This document shows, one piece after another, positions 58,701 through 64,000 of a stretch of DNA of 64,000 nucleotides; positions within the stretch are counted from its first letter, which is position 1; every line of letters starts with the position of its first letter. The stretch is from assembly GCA_043821285.1 (NCBI GenBank), contig JBDRCZ010000073.1, forward strand, positions 3,564 through 67,563, in the 5' to 3' direction. Under the pieces are notes generated by a model, which did no database searches, was not told the origin of the DNA, and worked only from the letters and a program-made list of their open reading frames with translations. Made by a program: the position numbers and the translations under genes. This DNA is from Candidatus Omnitrophota bacterium (GTDB lineage: Bacteria; Omnitrophota; Gorgyraeia; B26-G9; JBDRCZ01).

Positions 58701-60035
58701 AGAGTGTATTGCTCCGACACAGAGCATATTTTTTCCGGTAGACGGAGGACCAATAGTATCATAATCACCAGCAACATTATCCCGGTCATTTCCCGCAGCA
58801 AAAACAACCGAAATCCGCTTACCGTATAACCCGGTAACAATATCATCATATTCTGGCGCATCAAAGCCATAGTATCCGTAATACTGCGGATAGGCCGGCG
58901 GACCGATTAAATTATACCCCCAGGAATTCTGGGATAATTCAATCCCGTAAGTGGTAATTGCCCCTAAGTGGTCACCAATATTATTATCCCAAAGGTAGGA
59001 AACAATATCTACTTCTGGTGCCATACCTTTCCACTGAAATGCCGCACCGCCTTTAGAGGAACTTAAGGTGCCATCTCCGCCTAAAGTTCCGGCAACGTGA
59101 GTTGCGTGAGTATCAACCCCGGCACTATCAACAATAATGACCCGGCTGCCAAAATCATCATGCGTACTATCCACATCCCCACCGTCCCAAATCCCGGAAT
59201 CAACGTCTAAGCCGCTTAAATTATAAGGGGCATTTTGCACAATGTCTGCGCCAACATTTAGCCGTGAGCCGTCATTGAGTGCTTTTTTTGCTGGTCGTTC
59301 GTCAATAATCCAGCGCACAATATCTTCCTGAGCAATATCTTGTAACTTGTCAGGAAATATCGTGACCGTGAGTTGATGAGCAGATATAGATTCGTGTTTA
59401 ATCTGCGCGCCAAGTTCCATAAGAGTTATTTTTGCCTGTTCCAAAGAGACGTCTTTAAAAATTGAAACCTCCAGATTTACGCTACCGTCTTGGTTTATTG
59501 CCCAGGGAGCAATCTCCCCGCTTAAAAGAGGAGGAAATATTTTATCTTCGGCAAGAATCCGGCCAATCCAGCGGACGTTTGAATTTTTGAACTGCGCGGG
59601 CATTATCCCGCGAGGCACAGAAGCAAGCCAGCTATTATACGGGATATAATTTAGTAAATTTATCTTTGCATTTTTCAATATACCTTTTTGTTGATTATCC
59701 GGGGTATTGTGAAATTGCAGAAAAACGTGTACGCGTTCATGCGGGGAAGTGCGGATATGAGATTGAATTGTAATAGCAATATCTTCCGGCGGGGTAAATG
59801 TCCGGGATTTAAGTTGTATTTTTAATTTATCAGGCTGATTAGGATTTTTAATAAGTTTTACGGGTTTCATCGAGCCTGGTCCTGGATTTTTGAATTGCGG
59901 ATTATGTTGTTTTTGCTCAAGCCGGATTATTTCTTCTGCAGACAAATTCTGGCTATCAATAAAAAATAAAAGCAGCAGAAATACCGCTAAAAATTTAAAA
60001 ACAAATCCTATTTTTCTTGTATTAGTTTTTTGCAT
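55734..60035 (-). CDS. large secreted multidomain S8 (subtilisin-like) serine peptidase, 1433 aa
   Basis: Signal peptide; catalytic triad motifs VIIVDSAGVD (Asp), HATHVAGTLGG (His), GTSMAAPCVSG (Ser); about 900 aa of additional beta-rich domains. Confidence 0.88.
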   Translation of the reverse strand: MQKTNTRKIGFVFKFLAVFLLLLFFIDSQNLSAEEIIRLEQKQHNPQFKNPGPGSMKPVKLIKNPNQPDKLKIQLKSRTFTPPEDIAITIQSHIRTSPHERVHVFLQFHNTPDNQQKGILKNAKINLLNYIPYNSWLASVPRGIMPAQFKNSNVRWIGRILAEDKIFPPLLSGEIAPWAINQDGSVNLEVSIFKDVSLEQAKITLMELGAQIKHESISAHQLTVTIFPDKLQDIAQEDIVRWIIDERPAKKALNDGSRLNVGADIVQNAPYNLSGLDVDSGIWDGGDVDSTHDDFGSRVIIVDSAGVDTHATHVAGTLGGDGTLSSSKGGAAFQWKGMAPEVDIVSYLWDNNIGDHLGAITTYGIELSQNSWGYNLIGPPAYPQYYGYYGFDAPEYDDIVTGLYGKRISVVFAAGNDRDNVAGDYDTIGPPSTGKNMLCVGAIHSDDNSMTIFSGWGPMDDGRIKPDLVAPGDEVGGDGGIKSTFPADNYGVYYGTSMAAPCVSGCVSLIIQDYRNLSSGQDPLPSTIKGLLIHGAQDLGSTGPDYSFGYGGIQIKDSIDKLRTQSIVEDDVSHNITDTYSLYVPEGTMAVKITLVWDDPAATEGAAFALINDLDLIVTDPNNVRYYPWTLDPANPAAPAVQTQEDHTNNVEQVTVSSSITPGNWTIEIYGYNIPSAPQKYSLVFTPNYENNLIGKIYQDAGYSQEEKFFDSTDPVYIEAYVVSDGSPLTGADVTADLKLSNGSTVTTLSLLDQGNGYYRASWDSSGQAPDVYLADINVAGPILNTQKHFHLYPQTGVSAYRLDYNNDGNDDYVLENKHLIAVYDGKTPPDNSLLYLYQKDASNSFNFTGILDNDTNGRAEITTDNLSGINFHSFSFIEGENSSSGVVTLKSELTKAIPGGQSCMLDDDDLGTNNSAKGCRISADFSPITQGTLEFWARCRSQIDKDSFDIMLKNSSGLAGLDIYFLSGSIGYYNGVQNTIMAYNPDQWYHFKIIFDCITDKMSVYIDDMTNPKTVNVNFWNALANISKIDMDTGLWISGSPNQDHFDALCYVDDLDIYSGPTHYFTEDFEDDTAGSNPGSPWNVVEDSINTNVEIINTVYHEQTTTTSFDISIDMRTEEADYLVYKLTGFDLNIDDISTIFSPISGCLGVSSEDDRYHIGNGTDALTNTLTPNNWTNFETLGEQEKYVAIYDNSLTADSVDNLLISWVYFPNPLTTSLQDVGCWYEAGAEALRIRYDTTSALPTNEAEYILAFTQGSYSVIEQWMSEVAGGNYPVPNFMTAPFVLNVSVNPNAWPVGIVAFNEITQSTEESAITVTNSGSVNETFTLNITFSAPTWLPDVTAGSETYVLRGLFCGSSDSPTASLFKNDDIILSGVPVVADENKFGDPSLSKNGTNIIPGDTVDLWFQFQAPISTSDTSEQAIIVTVGAEQAL

Positions 60036-60708
60036 TCTTTTAAAAAATTTAAACCACAGAGCACATAGTGCTTACTTTTTTATCTGTCTTAATCCGTGTT
60101 TATCAGGGGTTTTATTTTTTAGCCACGGATTTGCACGGATAAAACACAAATTTTCAAATCATCCAGTTTTTCTTCGCGTCCTTCGTGCACTTAGTGGTAA
60201 AATTTTCTTTCTTTTTTTACAACAAATCACACGAGTGATTAACCATGTAGAACATATAGAACTTGTAAAATTAAACGTGTGTTTTCTATCTCTGTGCGCT
60301 CTGTGGTAAATCATTTTCCACGTGTGCTTATTTAGCTAATTTAAAATGACTTTAATTTTTATACATAAATATTATCTTATTCTCAGAACAGTACCTTAAA
60401 ACAGATAAGCTGCTTACTTAACTATAAGAACAGGTTTGATTTATTCTGCAAGAAAAGGCAGCTAAATTTACGTGAAAACATATATTTTTATACGCTACTA
60501 TAAAGTGTAGCATATAATTTGATTTTGTCAAGGAGAAGAAGGAAATTTTTATTGAAAAAATTTCCTTTTGGTTGTATACTTAATTAATATTCTTAACAGG
60601 CACGAAGATTTAAGAGAATAAAATAAATGCAATCTGAGTAATTGTAGTTGCTCTAAAAATATAGGAAAGTTTTTGACATAATCAGATACTTATTAGGACC
60701 GCAAAACT

Positions 60709-62400
60709 ATGGATACACAAAAAATACCTGCCAATTTTATCACCGAGATTATTGACGAAGATTTAAGAGAGAATAAAAACCAGGGCCGGGTGCATACCCG
60801 TTTTCCCCCGGAACCAAACGGCTATCTGCACATTGGGCATGCCAAATCTATCTGCCTTAACTTTGGTATTGCCCGGACATACCGCGGACTTTGTAACCTT
60901 CGCTTTGATGATACTAATCCGAGTAAAGAAGATATTGAGTACGTAGACGCCATTAAAGAAGACGTACGTTGGTTGGGGTTTGACTGGGAGGAGCGGCTTT
61001 ATTATGCCTCGGATTATTTTACGAAACTTTATGAATATGCCGTAGAGCTGATTAAAAAGGGCAAGGCCTATGTTTGCGATCTAAGTATAGATGAGATTAG
61101 AGCGTACCGGGGAACGCTGACTGAACCGGGAAAAGACAGCCCCTATCGCTGCCGTACAATTGAAGAAAATTCAGACCTGTTCACGCGCATGCGTAACGGA
61201 GAATTTGAGGATGGCACACGGGTGTTACGGGCAAAGATTGATATGACAGCTCCTAATCTTTGTATGCGCGACCCGGCGCTTTATCGAATCAAACAGGTGA
61301 AACATCACCGCACCGGAGATAAATGGTGCATATATCCAATGTATGATTTTGCCCACTGTCTTAGTGATTCTATTGAAGGAATTACCCATTCTATCTGTAC
61401 CCTGGAATTTGAAAATAACCGTCTATTATACGACTGGATACTATATGCCTTGGAAGTACATCATCCTCAGCAGATTGAATTTGCCCGGTTAAATCTCAGT
61501 CATACGATTTTAAGTAAACGCAAGCTGTTGGAGTTAGTGGCTGAAGGACATGTCAGCGGGTGGGATGACCCGCGCATGCCAACTATTGCCGGACTGCGCC
61601 GGCGCGGCTATACCCCGGAGGCAATCCGTAATTTTTGCGAGTGCATTGGCGTGGCAAAGTTTAACAGTATTATTGATTTGGTCGTACTCGAAAACGCCTT
61701 GCGTGAAGATTTAAACAAGCGGGCGCCGCGGGTTATGGCGGTTTTGCGTCCGGTAAAAGTTGTGATTGATAATTATCCCGAAGGCAAAGTAGAAGAGCTG
61801 GAAGCAGTGAATAATCCTGAGGACGCAAGTATGGGTGTAAGAAAGGTGCCGTTTGCGCGGGTGCTATACATTGAAAGAGAAGATTTTCGTGAACACCCGC
61901 CAAAGAAATTTTTTCGCCTGGTGCCCGGCCGCGAAGTAAGACTGCGTTATGCATATTTCATCAAATGTGTGAATGTTGTAAAAGATGAGCATAGCGGTGA
62001 AGTGATTGAATTACACTGCACTTATGACCCGGCAACCCGCGGAGGGGATTCTCCCGATGGCCGTAAGGTTAAGGCGACATTGCACTGGGTTAGTGCAGAA
62101 CAGGCAATTGAAGCCGAAGTACGGCTGTATGACCATTTATTTTTAACCCGTAACCCGAATGAAACAAAAGAGGGCACGGATTATAAATCCAATCTGAACC
62201 CAAAGTCTTTAGAGACGCTAAGCTCATGCAAAATAGAGCCAAGTATAAAGGAAGCAATCCCGGGCAGCTATTATCAATTTGAGCGGCAGGGCTATTTTTG
62301 TCTGGATACAAAAGACACAACCAAAGACAAAATAGTATTTAACCGCAGCGTATCCTTACGCGACACCTGGGCGAGAATAGAAAAAAGAGAGAAAGCTTAG
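60709..62400 (+). CDS. glnS: glutaminyl-tRNA synthetase
   Basis: [17 protein letters not shown] (HIGH), class I fold, C-terminal anticodon-binding beta-barrels; length 563 aa typical of GlnRS. Confidence 0.93.
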   Translation: MDTQKIPANFITEIIDEDLRENKNQGRVHTRFPPEPNGYLHIGHAKSICLNFGIARTYRGLCNLRFDDTNPSKEDIEYVDAIKEDVRWLGFDWEERLYYASDYFTKLYEYAVELIKKGKAYVCDLSIDEIRAYRGTLTEPGKDSPYRCRTIEENSDLFTRMRNGEFEDGTRVLRAKIDMTAPNLCMRDPALYRIKQVKHHRTGDKWCIYPMYDFAHCLSDSIEGITHSICTLEFENNRLLYDWILYALEVHHPQQIEFARLNLSHTILSKRKLLELVAEGHVSGWDDPRMPTIAGLRRRGYTPEAIRNFCECIGVAKFNSIIDLVVLENALREDLNKRAPRVMAVLRPVKVVIDNYPEGKVEELEAVNNPEDASMGVRKVPFARVLYIEREDFREHPPKKFFRLVPGREVRLRYAYFIKCVNVVKDEHSGEVIELHCTYDPATRGGDSPDGRKVKATLHWVSAEQAIEAEVRLYDHLFLTRNPNETKEGTDYKSNLNPKSLETLSSCKIEPSIKEAIPGSYYQFERQGYFCLDTKDTTKDKIVFNRSVSLRDTWARIEKREKA

Positions 62401-62486
62401 AAAGATAAATTTATCTCTTTGCCAAAATCACAATATGCTACGAATTTTGTCATTGTCGATGGTATACTAAAAAAACAATAATAATT

Positions 62487-62836
62487 AACCACAGAGGGCA
62501 CAGAGTGAAAATAAATGCATTATAGGGGTCAGACCGCGCTTGTCCTAGTGTGCAGGGAATTACGAAAGTAGGCATGCTATTCTCTTAATTCATTACATAA
62601 AAAATCATAAATTGTGAATTCATTTATTAATTGTTATAAATAAAAAAATAATCACACGGAGACGCAGAGACACGGAGAAAAAATATAAATCAGGAATAAT
62701 ACAAATGATAGAAATAAGCAGAAGAAAGTTTATTAAAAATCCAAATATAAGAAAACAATTAAATAGGCCTACAAGTTATTATTTGGTATAAATGACGACT
62801 AGTTAAAAACTCTGTGTGCCCTGCGGCTCCGTGTGA
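62487..62836. repeat. CACAGAG MITE-like repeat, long copy (AACCACAGAGGGCACAGAG ... CTCTGTGTGCCCTGCGGCTCCGTGTG)
   Basis: Same terminal repeats as 13748-13974; internal CACGGAGACGCAGAGACACGGAG. Confidence 0.5.
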
Positions 62837-62848
62837 GAATAAAAAATT

Positions 62849-62916
62849 TTATAACAAAGCGCTGCAGTGCATTCGTACCGCTTGGGCGCTACGAATTGCT
62901 GAGCGTTGCGTTATAG
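62849..62916 (+). other. orphan attC-like site (about 85% identical to attC 6 of the integron)
   Basis: TTATAACAAAGCGCTGCAGTGCATTCGTACCGCTTGGGCGCTACGAATTGCTGAGCGTTGCGTTATAG versus TTCTAACAAAGCACTACAGCGAATTCGTACCGCTGGTGCGCTACGAATCGCTGAGTTTTACGTTATGT. Confidence 0.65.
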
Positions 62917-62971
62917 GAAAATAAATAATGTTTGAAAGCCTATCAGTTTTCAAATCGGTTATTTTCGTGTT

Positions 62972-64000
62972 ATGGAGATAAGAATTAATAAAATTTGCCT
63001 GTCTTTTTTTATGCTTATACACCTTTTCACTGTCAATTGTTTTGCCGAATCTTCTAACCATAACCCTTTTGGGATAGGGACATTTCTCAGTTGGAACGAT
63101 TCTTGGAATAATTATATGTATAAAGATGAAAAAGATATTAATCGAGCGATTAATTCTTTAAAGGATCTAGGTATTTCCATTATCCGGAATGAATTCTCAT
63201 GGAATGAAATCGAAATAAAAAAGGGCGTTTTCGATTTTAAACGATATGACTATATTGTAAAGGTATGTCGGCAAAACAATATCGAAATTTTAGGTATCTT
63301 GGGGTATACCGCACCCTGGACCGGCCAAGCGTGGAATGATGCTCCCCAGGACGAAACGCTTTTCTTGAATTATGTGCAAATAGTGGTTGATCGTTATAAA
63401 GGCTCAGTAAAATATTGGGAGTTTTGGAATGAACCAGATACGCCAATATACTGGAATCCGCAAGATGAGATGAAAACTTATACACATTTACTCAAAAAGG
63501 TCTATGCGACTATAAAAAAGACCGAGCCTTCTGCCGTAGTTGTTTTAGGCGGATTAGTTAAAAATCCATATTTTTCGCTCAAGAGAATTTTATCATCTGG
63601 AGGAGAGAACTATTTTGATATTTTCAATGTTCATCCCTATGTGGCGCCTCAAGGTAGTAATGGTTTAAAGAAAATAACCTCTTTACTGAAAAATATAGCT
63701 AAAGAATTTGATAAGAGAAACTTAAACAAAAAAATCTGGATAACTGAGATAGCTTGCCCTGGTACAAATCAAATTAACGCTTGTAGGTGGTGGCTTGGTA
63801 AATGCCAAAATGAGACCGAACAAGCAGAATTCTTAAGGCAGATATATTCTTTGTTGTCTGCTCATGAAAATCTTGAGAAAATATTTTGGGCAATGTTTCG
63901 GGATACGGATCATTTTAAGGATGGAATCGATTCTTTTGGTTTAATACGCTGGAATTATACGCCCAAACCAGCCTATTTTAGATATAAGCAGATTATTGAA
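62972..64000 (+). CDS. clan GH-A glycoside hydrolase (GH5/GH39-like), 3' partial, with signal peptide
   Basis: Open frame from ATG 62972 to window end, missing from the ORF track because there is no stop. WEFWNEPD (acid/base NEP) and IWITEIACPG (nucleophile TE) motifs; N-terminal hydrophobic signal. Confidence 0.7.
   Translation, partial: MEIRINKICLSFFMLIHLFTVNCFAESSNHNPFGIGTFLSWNDSWNNYMYKDEKDINRAINSLKDLGISIIRNEFSWNEIEIKKGVFDFKRYDYIVKVCRQNNIEILGILGYTAPWTGQAWNDAPQDETLFLNYVQIVVDRYKGSVKYWEFWNEPDTPIYWNPQDEMKTYTHLLKKVYATIKKTEPSAVVVLGGLVKNPYFSLKRILSSGGENYFDIFNVHPYVAPQGSNGLKKITSLLKNIAKEFDKRNLNKKIWITEIACPGTNQINACRWWLGKCQNETEQAEFLRQIYSLLSAHENLEKIFWAMFRDTDHFKDGIDSFGLIRWNYTPKPAYFRYKQIIE

Overview
Bacterial chromosomal window at about 40% GC, a mosaic of core and accessory DNA, probably from an anaerobe that uses selenocysteine. 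From left to right:
(1) An arsenic-resistance tail (CcdA-like membrane protein, Acr3), followed by a small mobile/restriction-modification island: a 3'-truncated DDE transposase, a ParB-like HTH fragment and two tandem SPPY-motif DNA methyltransferases. The second methyltransferase is split by a +1 frameshift inside a C8 homopolymer.
(2) A formate dehydrogenase locus: a NuoE/NuoF-like diaphorase plus a selenocysteine-containing FdhA with an in-frame UGA at 8930-8932. It is followed by Moco-related genes and a modABC-type molybdate/tungstate transporter interrupted by a MITE-like repeat.
(3) A 2-hydroxyacyl-CoA dehydratase/activase pair, then a selenium island: tRNA-Sec (selC), selA, selB, yedE, yedF/tusA-like, cysteine desulfurase, DUF3343, selD.
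(4) Polyamine genes (speH-like, speE, speH) and an M28 peptidase.
(5) A complete chromosomal integron: intI with an unusual N-terminal extension, Pc/attI, and nine cassettes each ending in a VCR-like attC site. Cassette products include a HEPN protein, an MgtC-family protein, a Cys-rich ArsD-like protein and several unknown membrane or secreted proteins.
(6) RHS/YD-repeat remnants fused to Sel1 repeats with an internal amber codon.
(7) An LPS/polysaccharide cluster (GT4 and GT9 glycosyltransferases, SAM methyltransferases, PHP, WbqC, ExeA-like ATPase, PIG-L, WecA) punctuated by a hairpin repeat family.
(8) A triheme cytochrome c with system II cytochrome c biogenesis genes (resB/ccsA).
(9) A secreted-protein cluster containing a 1433-aa S8 subtilase whose C-terminal domain has stand-alone paralogs next door.
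(10) glnS, another MITE copy, an orphan attC site 28 kb from the integron, and a 3'-partial GH-A glycoside hydrolase.
Several families of short dispersed repeats recur in intergenic regions (AACCACAGAG-type MITEs, TATTGAG heptamer arrays, GGATTAAATTCCC...TTTTGGCGGG motifs).
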